From NCBI GenBank assembly GCA_020725805.1, contig DYEF01000065.1, forward strand, positions 40,349 through 104,348: DNA of 64,000 nucleotides. Direction: 5' to 3'. Source of the stretch: Bdellovibrio sp. GTDB lineage: Bacteria > Myxococcota > SpSt-1050. Both the position numbers and the translations under genes were made by a program. Below are positions 29,277-38,054 of this stretch, in pieces (position 1 is the first letter of the stretch; each line of letters starts with the position of its first letter). The notes under the pieces were generated by a model. It made no database searches and had not been told where the DNA came from. It saw only the letters and a list, made by a program, of their open reading frames with translations.

Positions 29277-30625
29277 AAAAAATAATTTTTGTAGAGCCAA
29301 GAGGGGCTGAATCGAATGTATTTGCGAAATATATGATGCTTCCCCTTCTGGGACCTATCTATCTCGCAACAATCCTCAGACAGAAAGGCTATGATACCGA
29401 AGTGCTAAATGAAAATATCCTTGGAAGGGATATTACCGCAGAAGACCTAGGCTGTGATGTTCTGTGTATATCCATAATAACAAACACAGCCCCGCGCGGA
29501 TATGAAATTGCTGAGATCTTCAGAAATACTCATCCGGAGAAGACAATTGTAATAGGCGGAATACACGCCACTTTTCTGCCGGAGGAGAGTCTCAGATATG
29601 CCGACTTCGTAACGACCTTTGAGGGAGAGGAGACTATTCTGTCAATTATCGAGGGAAGAGCCGAAAAGGGGATAGTATCCGGACACAGGATCGAAAATAT
29701 GGATTCCATCCCTTACCCCGATTTTTCGCTAGTAAAAGGTTTTGACAGGAAATTTATTCAGCCTGTAATGTTCTCGAGAGGTTGCCCTTTTAACTGTTCA
29801 TTCTGCACTGTGGCAAGGATGTTCGGGAGGAAATACAGGACACACTCAGATGAATATGTCCTCGGATTACTAAGTAATACAAGACATAATGACATCTTTA
29901 TCTACGACGACAATTTCGCCGCAGATATCAGAAGAACAGAACGGATTCTCGACGGAATCATAGGTCTTAAGAGAAAATTCGAATTCAGTGCACAGGTCAG
30001 AACCGATATCACAAAGAATCAGAATATCATCAAAAAGATGTCAGAGGCGGGATTCTACAGGGTATATATAGGTATCGAATCCATAAACGAAAAGTCCCTA
30101 AAGAGTATTGAGAAGAGACAGAGCGTCGATGATATCGTCAGGGCTGTAGATGTATTTCACAAATATGGTATCAAGGTTCACGGTATGTTTATTTTCGGAA
30201 CAGATGAAGATACACCTGAGATATTCAATTCTACTGTACAATTCTGCAAAAGGGAAGGGATTGATACCGTCCAGTATCTGGCCCTGACACCTTTCCCCGG
30301 GACACCGGTATTCGAGGGACTCAGAGCCAGCAGAAGGCTCCTTCACGAAGAATGGCAGTATTATGACGGACAGCACGTGGTATTCAGGCCCAAAAATATG
30401 AAACCGGAGGAACTTCAGGAAGGAATCATTAATTCATACAAGGCATTCTATTCATATCTTACGCTTGCAGATGATATATTAAAGACAGGGCTCGATTTTC
30501 TGTTCAATCTGCCAAACAGCCTTCTCCCTCAGTTCGACAGGATAAAACACAGACTGATGGGCAGATATATTGTAAACCGGTGGCTTGAATTCAACAGGGA
30601 TTATATAGCAAAAATCAGGTCCTGA
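29273..30625 (+). CDS. B12-binding-domain radical SAM protein (class B)
   Basis: N-terminal cobalamin-binding Rossmann-like region (DVLCISIITNTAP...VIGGIHATF) followed by the radical SAM CPFNCSFC and a TIM-barrel region. 450 aa, with an AGGAAGAG RBS. Confidence 0.8.
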   Translation: MKKIIFVEPRGAESNVFAKYMMLPLLGPIYLATILRQKGYDTEVLNENILGRDITAEDLGCDVLCISIITNTAPRGYEIAEIFRNTHPEKTIVIGGIHATFLPEESLRYADFVTTFEGEETILSIIEGRAEKGIVSGHRIENMDSIPYPDFSLVKGFDRKFIQPVMFSRGCPFNCSFCTVARMFGRKYRTHSDEYVLGLLSNTRHNDIFIYDDNFAADIRRTERILDGIIGLKRKFEFSAQVRTDITKNQNIIKKMSEAGFYRVYIGIESINEKSLKSIEKRQSVDDIVRAVDVFHKYGIKVHGMFIFGTDEDTPEIFNSTVQFCKREGIDTVQYLALTPFPGTPVFEGLRASRRLLHEEWQYYDGQHVVFRPKNMKPEELQEGIINSYKAFYSYLTLADDILKTGLDFLFNLPNSLLPQFDRIKHRLMGRYIVNRWLEFNRDYIAKIRS

Positions 30626-30630
30626 ATATT

Positions 30631-31191
30631 TTATTTAAGACCCATCTTTTTAAGAATGGACATTGCACTCGTTGTAGGTGATACGTCTTCGGGGAGATAA
30701 ATCATTACTCCGCCCTTGGCGGGTCTGACAGTGACTTTCCCCTCTTCTGTAAGCTGCTTGGTAACTTTTATCGGGTCCTCGCCGAAATACTCCTTGAAGG
30801 CCTGATTGAAGCCGGAATAGACGGAATGAATACCTTTGTATTTGGGAGGTCTGAGCTTTTCTATTGCAAGTCTGGTAAATTCCTCGTAACTCATCTTTTT
30901 GCTGTCATTCCTATCTATTCCCATCTTTTCGAATATCTGGGAGGTATTTACGGAAGGAGATACGTCCTCGGGAAGGTAAATCATTACTCCGCCCTTGGCA
31001 GGCCTGATAGCGATTTTACCCTCATCCGCAAGCTGTTTTGTGACCTTTATCGGGTCCTCACCGAAGTATTCCTTGAAAGCCTGATTGAAACCGGAAAATA
31101 CAGAGTGAATCCCTTTATACTTGGGCGACCTGAGAGTTTCAATGGACTTCTTAACAAATTCTTCATAGCTAAGTTTCTTTTCTTCTGACAT
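30631..31191 (-). CDS. protein made of two tandem ~93-aa repeats, function unknown
   Basis: The start is set at the internal ATG 31191 (RBS GGAGGA); the track ORF extends 40 codons upstream. The halves SYEEFVKKSIETLRSPKYKGIHSVFSGFNQAFKEYFGEDPIKVTKQL..GKIAIRPAKGGVMIYLPEDVSP and SYEEFTRLAIEKLRPPKYKGIHSVYSGFNQAFKEYFGEDPIKVTKQL..GKVTVRPAKGGVMIYLPEDVSP are nearly identical. Confidence 0.55.
   Translation of the reverse strand: MSEEKKLSYEEFVKKSIETLRSPKYKGIHSVFSGFNQAFKEYFGEDPIKVTKQLADEGKIAIRPAKGGVMIYLPEDVSPSVNTSQIFEKMGIDRNDSKKMSYEEFTRLAIEKLRPPKYKGIHSVYSGFNQAFKEYFGEDPIKVTKQLTEEGKVTVRPAKGGVMIYLPEDVSPTTSAMSILKKMGLK
30640..31191. repeat. intragenic tandem duplication, period 279 nt, ~80-85% nucleotide identity
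   Basis: The stretch beginning ggtgatacgtcttcggggagataaatcattactccgcccttggc near 30678 recurs as ggagatacgtcctcgggaaggtaaatcattactccgcccttggc near 30957. Confidence 0.8.
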
Positions 31192-31379
31192 CAGTAATCC
31201 TCCAGAAAAATTTACAATAATAATATCACAATAAAGTACAATGTCAAATATATAGTCCTTTTCTGTCAAGGCCACCCTGAAATTTATAAATAAATTCCTG
31301 AGCAAATCCACATTTTGGGCAAATTTTATAAACCGCTTCCTGTCTTATTGATATCTGTCTCAACATAAAGCCAAAAGAT

Positions 31380-31700
31380 ATCCCTTTATTGGCTATGGTC
31401 TGCGGACCGTCGACTGTCGACCGTGGACCATTATTGAACTTCAGCTCTTCCGCCTTCAGTTCTTCAGCACTTTTTCTCTGTAGATTATTAACTGTCGCTT
31501 CAATACACTCTATTACTCAGCGACCTTAATATTAGAATGATATTAAGTAGGCGAAACCATATCGAATTTTCCGATTTAAGTGGTGGCTTCGGTACACTTC
31601 GTTACTCAGCCACCTTAATAGCACTAACGCTTTCAGCTCTAAAAACTGTGACTATGGACTTCTTCCGTGGTCTGCGGACTGATATTACGTGCCTGAGAGC
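31380..31700. repeat. non-coding region with short dispersed direct and inverted repeats
   Basis: tggtctgcggac occurs at about 31396 and 31666. attactcagcgaccttaata and gttactcagccaccttaata sit about 80 nt apart. There is an imperfect palindrome around two gtcgac sites (31400-31435) and an 8-bp hairpin cttaatat/atattaag. Confidence 0.4.
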
Positions 31701-31702
31701 AA

Positions 31703-32641
31703 CTAACCTAATCTCTCTCCCGGCAGGACAGGATTCCCGGTGAGAAACTCCTTTACATTGAGAGGATTCTTCCCCTCTTTCTGGAGTCTTTTAATAATAA
31801 AAACTCCCTCTTTTGTGCTGACAAATATACCTCTTTCAGAGGATTCGATTACTGTACCCGGCACCGACGGATTGTGTTCCTGATAGTAATCAGCAGCCAG
31901 AACCTTTATAAGCGCACCTTTGTAATATGTAAAAGTCGAGGGCCAGGGATTGAGACCCCTGACAAGATTAAATAACTCCTTGGCCGGCTTTGAAAAATCA
32001 AGCCTTCCGTCCTCCTTTTTGAGCAACGGCGCATAAGTGGCAAGGGATTCATCCTGTTTTTCGTATTTTAAGGTGCCTTGAGTAAATCCTTCGATGAATT
32101 CCGGCAGCATACTACAGGCAAGCTCAACGAGCCTGTCGTGCAGAGATTCTGCATTATCCTCTTTTAGTATTGGTATTTCGCGTCTGAGCACAATATCGCC
32201 GGCATCCAGCCTGTAAACCACCTTCTGAAATGTTATACCTGTCAGCTCATCTCCGTTTATGATAGCCCAGTTTATAGGTGCCGGGCCCCTGTATCTCGGC
32301 AGAAGGGATGCGTGGATATTGAAAACGGAATCCTTCTTCATATCGAGAAATCTCTGAGAGAGAATCTTCCCGTATGCAGCAACGAGGATGAGGTCGAACT
32401 CCTTTTTTGATATATATTCGAGTGATTCGTCCGAATTGATATTGTCCGGAGAAAATACCTCTATATTATTCTGAAGGGCAAGCGATTTTGCCTCGGATAC
32501 CTTTATCTTCTTCCCCCTTCCGGCCGGTTTATCCGGCTGGGTTATTACCAGAACCGGTTTTGAAATATCAATGAGGGTTTTCAGTACCCCTGCGGCAAAA
32601 TCAGGCGTCCCCATAAAGATTATCTTACATTTTGAGTTCAT
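31703..32641 (-). CDS. fmt: methionyl-tRNA formyltransferase
   Basis: N-terminus IIFMGTPDFAAGVLKTL with the formyltransferase core (HASLLPRYRGPAPINWAI), 312 aa. It overlaps def by 17 nt. Confidence 0.9.
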   Translation of the reverse strand: MNSKCKIIFMGTPDFAAGVLKTLIDISKPVLVITQPDKPAGRGKKIKVSEAKSLALQNNIEVFSPDNINSDESLEYISKKEFDLILVAAYGKILSQRFLDMKKDSVFNIHASLLPRYRGPAPINWAIINGDELTGITFQKVVYRLDAGDIVLRREIPILKEDNAESLHDRLVELACSMLPEFIEGFTQGTLKYEKQDESLATYAPLLKKEDGRLDFSKPAKELFNLVRGLNPWPSTFTYYKGALIKVLAADYYQEHNPSVPGTVIESSERGIFVSTKEGVFIIKRLQKEGKNPLNVKEFLTGNPVLPGERLG

Positions 32642-33149
32642 TCTTTCTCTTCTTTGCCTCCTTTTTCAGTCTTCTGTAATAGAGTGCCTTTTTTAATGGT
32701 GACAGACGGTCCAGAAAGACAATCCCGTCGAGATGGTCGATCTCGTGCTGAATTACCCGCGCAATCAGTCCGTCATCCTCGGCAATATGTTCTTTACCTT
32801 CAGGGTCGAGATACCTGAATTTCACCTTTTTATATCTCTTCACCTCGTCCCGAATTTCCGGAACGGAAAGACACCCCTCCTCCATAACAAGTTCGCCTTC
32901 CCCGCCTATTACTTCAGGATTAATCATCTTCAGCAACTCCGATTTTTTCTCCTCTGTGGAGACATCGATTGTAACGAGCCGCATATCTATCCCCACCTGA
33001 CTTGCTGCAAGGCCTATACCGTTCGAGTAATACATTGTCTCTGCCATATCATCCAGAATTTTCAGAACCTCAGGTGTAATATCCTGAACTTTCTTGACCT
33101 TTTTCCTGAGGAAGGGATCCGGGACTTTCAATACTGTCAGAACTGCCAT
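32625..33149 (-). CDS. def: peptide deformylase
   Basis: The three PDF motifs are present: GIGLAASQVG, EGCLSVP and HEIDHLDG. 174 aa. Confidence 0.9.
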   Translation of the reverse strand: MAVLTVLKVPDPFLRKKVKKVQDITPEVLKILDDMAETMYYSNGIGLAASQVGIDMRLVTIDVSTEEKKSELLKMINPEVIGGEGELVMEEGCLSVPEIRDEVKRYKKVKFRYLDPEGKEHIAEDDGLIARVIQHEIDHLDGIVFLDRLSPLKKALYYRRLKKEAKKRKNELKM

Positions 33150-33158
33150 CTGAACTCC

Positions 33159-35534
33159 TTATAACATGTTTACAGGGTCAACATCAATACTGACCCTTAC
33201 ATTATGATGCTTTTTATATACAACAGGAATCAGATTTTTTAAAATTTTTCTTGCATTTACCATCTCTGTCGTCTTTATCATAAGCTGATATCTGTACTCG
33301 TTTTTTACCTTTTTCACAGGAGAGGGGACGGGACCTAAGACTTCGGACCTTTTGAGATTCAGAAGAGAATTTCTGAAAAAATCAAGTACCTCCTTACATC
33401 CGGACTCGTTATGTGAACGTGCCCTTATCAGAATAATCTTCGAGAAGGGCGGATAGAAGAGATTCTTTCTCCTCATAAGTTCGATTTCCAGATACTGATC
33501 CGGATTGCCGTCTTTTACCGCAATTATAGCCGGCTCGAACGGATTGAAGGTCTGAATAATGACTTCGCCCTTCTCTTCTCCGCGGCCGGACCTCCCCGAG
33601 ACCTGCATCAGAAGCTGCATAAGCCTTTCCTGAACCCTGAAATCAGGTATTGTAAATGCCGTATCGGCAAGAATGACACCTACAAGTGTTACATCGGGGA
33701 AGTGATGTCCCTTTGCAACCATCTGGGTTCCTATAAGGATATTGGCATCGCCTCTTACGAATCTCGATATGGTACTTTCGAGATCATAGAGATTGGCAAC
33801 CGAGTCCCTGTCGAGCCTGACAGTAACTGCACCGGGGATAATCTTTTTAACAATCTCTTCAATCTGCTCGGTTCCGAACCCAAGATTTTTTACTGATACA
33901 GAACCACAGCCCGGGCAGATATTTCTGACCTTTTCCGAATATCCGCAATAGTGACAGAGCAGAACCTCCTGTCTTTTATGATATACCAGATTGACATCAC
34001 AATCCGGACACCTGAAGATATAACCGCACCTTGAACAGATAAGGACTGTATTGAAACCTCTCCTGTTCAGCATCAGAATTGCCTTACGGTTACTACGGAC
34101 GGTATTCAGTAATGCCTCATATAGTCTCTCGCTGATAAAGAACGGAAGTCCCTCGACATCCTCCTCTTTCTTCTCACGGCTGGCAAGACTCACAATCTCG
34201 ACATCCGGCATAGGTTTTTTATTTGCCCTGACCGTAAGTCTGGAGTGCCCGAATCTTCCGGTCTTTATGTTATAGATACTCTGCACAGACGGTGTTGCAC
34301 TTCCGAGTATTACAATGCATCCTTCTGTCTGACCCCGTTTTATGGCTAAATCCCTGCCGTTGTAACGCGGGGATTCCTCCTGTTTGTATGCACTGTCGTG
34401 CTCCTCATCAACCACTATCAATCCTATATCTGACAAAGGCGCAAAGACCGCTGACCTCGCACCCACAACCACCTTTACCTCATTATTCCTGATTCTCAGA
34501 TACTCCCTTATTCTCTCCTTCTCCTGAAGGCCAGAATGCAAAACAGCCACATCACAACCAAGCGTTGCACGGATTCTGAAAATAGATTGTGGTGTAAGGC
34601 CTATCTCAGGCACGAGGAAGAGAACGGTTTTCCTCTCTTTCAGCACCTTTTCTGCAATTCTCAGATATACCTCGGTCTTCCCGCTTCCGGTTACACCGTA
34701 AATATAATGAACACCGAATCCTTCGTCTCTCATTTTATCTATATTTTCGATCGTTCTCTTCTGTTCGTCCGTCAGTTCTGTTACAGAAGAATCCCTTATT
34801 GTATATGCTTCCGGTGACGACTCAGAGCTCTGAATTCTTACAAGCCCCGTTTTGTAGAGATACCTGAGAATCCTTCTGTCCCTCAGAATGGTCAGAACAT
34901 CATAAAGCGGCATTCTTCCTCTTATGCTCAGTTCGTGAAGGACTGTCCCGACAGACGGGTATTTCTCTTCAATCCTCTTCAGTTCGTCCTTAGGCAATGA
35001 ATCTCCGGTCTCTGAGAGAACGACAAGATTCTTACCGGATTCACCGGCTCCCGGGACATCGAGAAACGCCTCTTTTGAGTTCAGATAACCGAAGATATCC
35101 GAAAGACTGATATTATGTTTTTTTCTGAGTGATTCGTAAGATGACAACCTTATGCTTTGGCTCCCTGAAATATTTTTTTCTGAATTGAAGACAAGTCTGT
35201 AATTCGACAGGTTAAGTAACCCCGATGGGATTGCAGAGAAGAGCATATTTCCCGGTGGCTCGATATAATAATCTGAAGCCCAGAGGAGAAGTTCGAACAT
35301 ATTCCTGCTAAAAACAGGATTGATGGGAAAAATGTCAATAATGGATTTCAGTTTTTCGTTCGGCAGACCTGATGTGTTGTTATTGCCGAGTCTCTTTATT
35401 ATACCGGTCTGAACGCTGTTCTTGAGAGGGACGATTACGGCAAAACCCTCTTTCACAACAGAGGATAAACTCTCAGGTACCCTGTATGTAAATGTCTCGA
35501 ACAACGAATTCTTTAATATTATCTCGGCAAACAT
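33159..35534 (-). CDS. priA: primosomal protein N-prime (PriA helicase)
   Basis: Superfamily-2 helicase motifs (GVTGSGKTEVY, DEEHD) and the PriA zinc-binding insertion with paired CxxC motifs (CSRCGYIFRCPDC...CHYCGYSE...CPGCG). 791 aa, upstream of def-fmt. Confidence 0.9.
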   Translation of the reverse strand: MFAEIILKNSLFETFTYRVPESLSSVVKEGFAVIVPLKNSVQTGIIKRLGNNNTSGLPNEKLKSIIDIFPINPVFSRNMFELLLWASDYYIEPPGNMLFSAIPSGLLNLSNYRLVFNSEKNISGSQSIRLSSYESLRKKHNISLSDIFGYLNSKEAFLDVPGAGESGKNLVVLSETGDSLPKDELKRIEEKYPSVGTVLHELSIRGRMPLYDVLTILRDRRILRYLYKTGLVRIQSSESSPEAYTIRDSSVTELTDEQKRTIENIDKMRDEGFGVHYIYGVTGSGKTEVYLRIAEKVLKERKTVLFLVPEIGLTPQSIFRIRATLGCDVAVLHSGLQEKERIREYLRIRNNEVKVVVGARSAVFAPLSDIGLIVVDEEHDSAYKQEESPRYNGRDLAIKRGQTEGCIVILGSATPSVQSIYNIKTGRFGHSRLTVRANKKPMPDVEIVSLASREKKEEDVEGLPFFISERLYEALLNTVRSNRKAILMLNRRGFNTVLICSRCGYIFRCPDCDVNLVYHKRQEVLLCHYCGYSEKVRNICPGCGSVSVKNLGFGTEQIEEIVKKIIPGAVTVRLDRDSVANLYDLESTISRFVRGDANILIGTQMVAKGHHFPDVTLVGVILADTAFTIPDFRVQERLMQLLMQVSGRSGRGEEKGEVIIQTFNPFEPAIIAVKDGNPDQYLEIELMRRKNLFYPPFSKIILIRARSHNESGCKEVLDFFRNSLLNLKRSEVLGPVPSPVKKVKNEYRYQLMIKTTEMVNARKILKNLIPVVYKKHHNVRVSIDVDPVNML

Positions 35535-35583
35535 CTCTCAAAATAAAATAAAACGGTCATTTAGGACAGGACTAAAAGAGTAG

Positions 35584-37956
35584 CTATTCTCCGGTGTATC
35601 TGTACAGGACAAAGTCGTAAATTTTGCGTTCCTTCAGGATAAAATTCAGAACCCTTTCAGAAAAGGATTCACCACCCATAACCATACTGCTCAGGTCATT
35701 CTTCCTGCCGTATTCCACGTATTCTATCCCTGTATCGGAAGGAATATTTGCAAGCATCCTGATTCTGTTTACGGCAGCAGCATAACCGCCTATCTCGTCC
35801 ACAAGCCCCAGAGCCTTTGCCTCATATCCGGTAAAGACCTTTCCCTCCGCCAGTTCGGATACCTTGCTGATATCAATCTTCCGTGAGAGCGATACCTTCT
35901 CCTTGAAATGACGGTAAAACCCGTCGATATACTCCCTGATACTCTTCAACTCTGCTTCACTCAGACCCCTGAATATACTGTCAGAATCCCCCGATGATTT
36001 TGCAGTCTGTGCCTCATAGGTAATGCCTGCCTTTTTCAGCAGTCCCGAGATATCGGGTTTGAGAAAGAATACACCGATAGAACCCACAACCGATATCTCA
36101 TCGGCAATGATATAGTCGGAGGCTATAGCCGAAAAATAACCACCTGATGCGGCCATTGAACCCACTGAGACGACAAGAGGTTTGACCTCCGAAATTTTTC
36201 TCAGCTCTTCAAATATCAGCTGGCTTGCCATAGTCGAACCGCCGGGAGAGTTTATTCTCAGAATTACACCGGCAATCGATTCGTCCCTCAGAATTTCACC
36301 GACAATCTCTGTTATATCGGTGTTGCCGATTGATTCAAAACCAACCGAATCACCAAACCCCTTTCCGTAGACAATATCACCGTTGAGGTAAATCACAGCA
36401 ATCTTCCTCTTTATTTGCCAGTTGCCCTTATAGGACGAGGTACTCAGATAATTCTGGTTGATACCATATTCACCTCCGAAATAAAATCTAATGTCTTTTT
36501 TCAGCTGTTCGAATGTCGAAACGGCGTCAATCAGCCTCTCTTCCTTTGCCTTGAGAGGCGAAAAGAGTGCCGTAGAATATATCTTTTCCAGCTGCTTTGC
36601 CTCGATACCCCTTGAGGAGATAATCGCCTTATCCAGAATACTTTGTACCGAACCGAGAATCTGCTTTATCTGTTCCTTACGTTTCTCACTCCCCTTATCC
36701 GAGACAAGTGGTTCGAATGCCGTCTTATATTCACCCGCGGCAACCACATCGAATCTCAGACCAATCTTTTCGAAGAAATTCCTGAAATACAGGCCGCCCG
36801 AGGCACTTCCCTTCAGAATGAGTGAACCGCCCTCATTGATAACGATTTTATCCGCCTCCGATGCAAGATAATACGTAATATCATCACCCGATTCCATAAA
36901 TGCAACAACCCTCTTCCCTTTTCCCCTGAATGAAGAGACCGCCCTTTTTATCTCTCCCGCAACGCCTGCCGGAATATCTATATCAGCAATGTACAGAATC
37001 ATACCCGCAACCGAATTATCATTTGCAGCAGAATTTATATCATTTAATACATCAACAAGAGAGCGTCCCTTCTTCCTCAACCCAAGAAAATCTTCCTTCA
37101 ATCCGTCAGAAACCGTGCTGTCAAGTCTGACAACTATGACCTGTTTCGAGACTGTAAAAAGTTCCTCGTAGTTGTTCTTCGAATATCTGAAGGAAAAACC
37201 CTTGCCGTCGAAACCGCCCTCCGAATCGGAGTAACTGCCCGAAAAGGCAAATCCGAATTTCGTAAGGTCGAGATTCATCCCCCCGTACATATCCTTCTCC
37301 TCATTTATTCCGAAAAAGAGCCTTAGCCCCCTAACAGGGTTCAGTGCCACAAAATACCTGTTCGGGATATCCCTGTTATGCTCGATGAATGAAAAATCTC
37401 CGTAGAGTTCGAGGGCCTCCGAAAACGGCTTGATTCCTATACCCAGATTCACCCTCCTCGGAACAGGGATATTACCGACCGAAGGCTGACCGAGATTCTG
37501 ACCCACAACAGAGATATTCAGAAATCTTGCAGGCATAAAATATGCACCTGCATACCAGTCCCAAGCCAGACCGAAACGCGGCTCAACGGGGTCGTATAGT
37601 GCAAGTCCCACACCCATAAGCATATAATCCCCGGCCCTGAAACCTACCGGGAGTGAATATCTCAGATAATCAACCAGATTATTGTCGTTGTAATTAATCC
37701 CCAGCCCGGCATTCTCAACTTCAATTACTGAGCCATAGAATCTCGAATCGAGCGAAAAAGATTCCTGATAGAAAAGGGTGAACTGATTATCTCTCAGAAA
37801 ACCGAAAATTGCGGGGTTGTCAAGGGCACTCAGTGAATTATAGACTGATGCATAGGGATTGAATTTATTGTAATACGAAAATTCATCCTTCTCTGCATAT
37901 AGATTTTTAAGCAGGAAGAGAGATAACAAAATCATAAAAAATATCTTTTTCATCAC
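35584..37956 (-). CDS. sppA: signal peptide peptidase SppA (S49 family, two-domain form) with an N-terminal extension
   Basis: Signal peptide MMKKIFFMILLSLFLL and two S49 ClpP-fold units. The second carries the active-site region SMAASGGYFSAIASDYIIADEISVVGSIGVF. Confidence 0.8.
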   Translation of the reverse strand: MMKKIFFMILLSLFLLKNLYAEKDEFSYYNKFNPYASVYNSLSALDNPAIFGFLRDNQFTLFYQESFSLDSRFYGSVIEVENAGLGINYNDNNLVDYLRYSLPVGFRAGDYMLMGVGLALYDPVEPRFGLAWDWYAGAYFMPARFLNISVVGQNLGQPSVGNIPVPRRVNLGIGIKPFSEALELYGDFSFIEHNRDIPNRYFVALNPVRGLRLFFGINEEKDMYGGMNLDLTKFGFAFSGSYSDSEGGFDGKGFSFRYSKNNYEELFTVSKQVIVVRLDSTVSDGLKEDFLGLRKKGRSLVDVLNDINSAANDNSVAGMILYIADIDIPAGVAGEIKRAVSSFRGKGKRVVAFMESGDDITYYLASEADKIVINEGGSLILKGSASGGLYFRNFFEKIGLRFDVVAAGEYKTAFEPLVSDKGSEKRKEQIKQILGSVQSILDKAIISSRGIEAKQLEKIYSTALFSPLKAKEERLIDAVSTFEQLKKDIRFYFGGEYGINQNYLSTSSYKGNWQIKRKIAVIYLNGDIVYGKGFGDSVGFESIGNTDITEIVGEILRDESIAGVILRINSPGGSTMASQLIFEELRKISEVKPLVVSVGSMAASGGYFSAIASDYIIADEISVVGSIGVFFLKPDISGLLKKAGITYEAQTAKSSGDSDSIFRGLSEAELKSIREYIDGFYRHFKEKVSLSRKIDISKVSELAEGKVFTGYEAKALGLVDEIGGYAAAVNRIRMLANIPSDTGIEYVEYGRKNDLSSMVMGGESFSERVLNFILKERKIYDFVLYRYTGE

Positions 37957-38054
37957 TGCTATTCCTCCGTAAGAACGATAAATTAGCCTACCATTTGGAT
38001 AAAATCAAAAGAAAACTATCTGATTTATCATTGCAAAGGAATCAGGATATTCTT

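Noticed and set aside
31537-31743. 68-aa plus-strand ORF across the repeat-containing non-coding region and the 3' end of fmt
   Set aside because: It overlaps the fmt stop region on the opposite strand, has no RBS, and its sequence is driven by the repeats. The region is better treated as non-coding.
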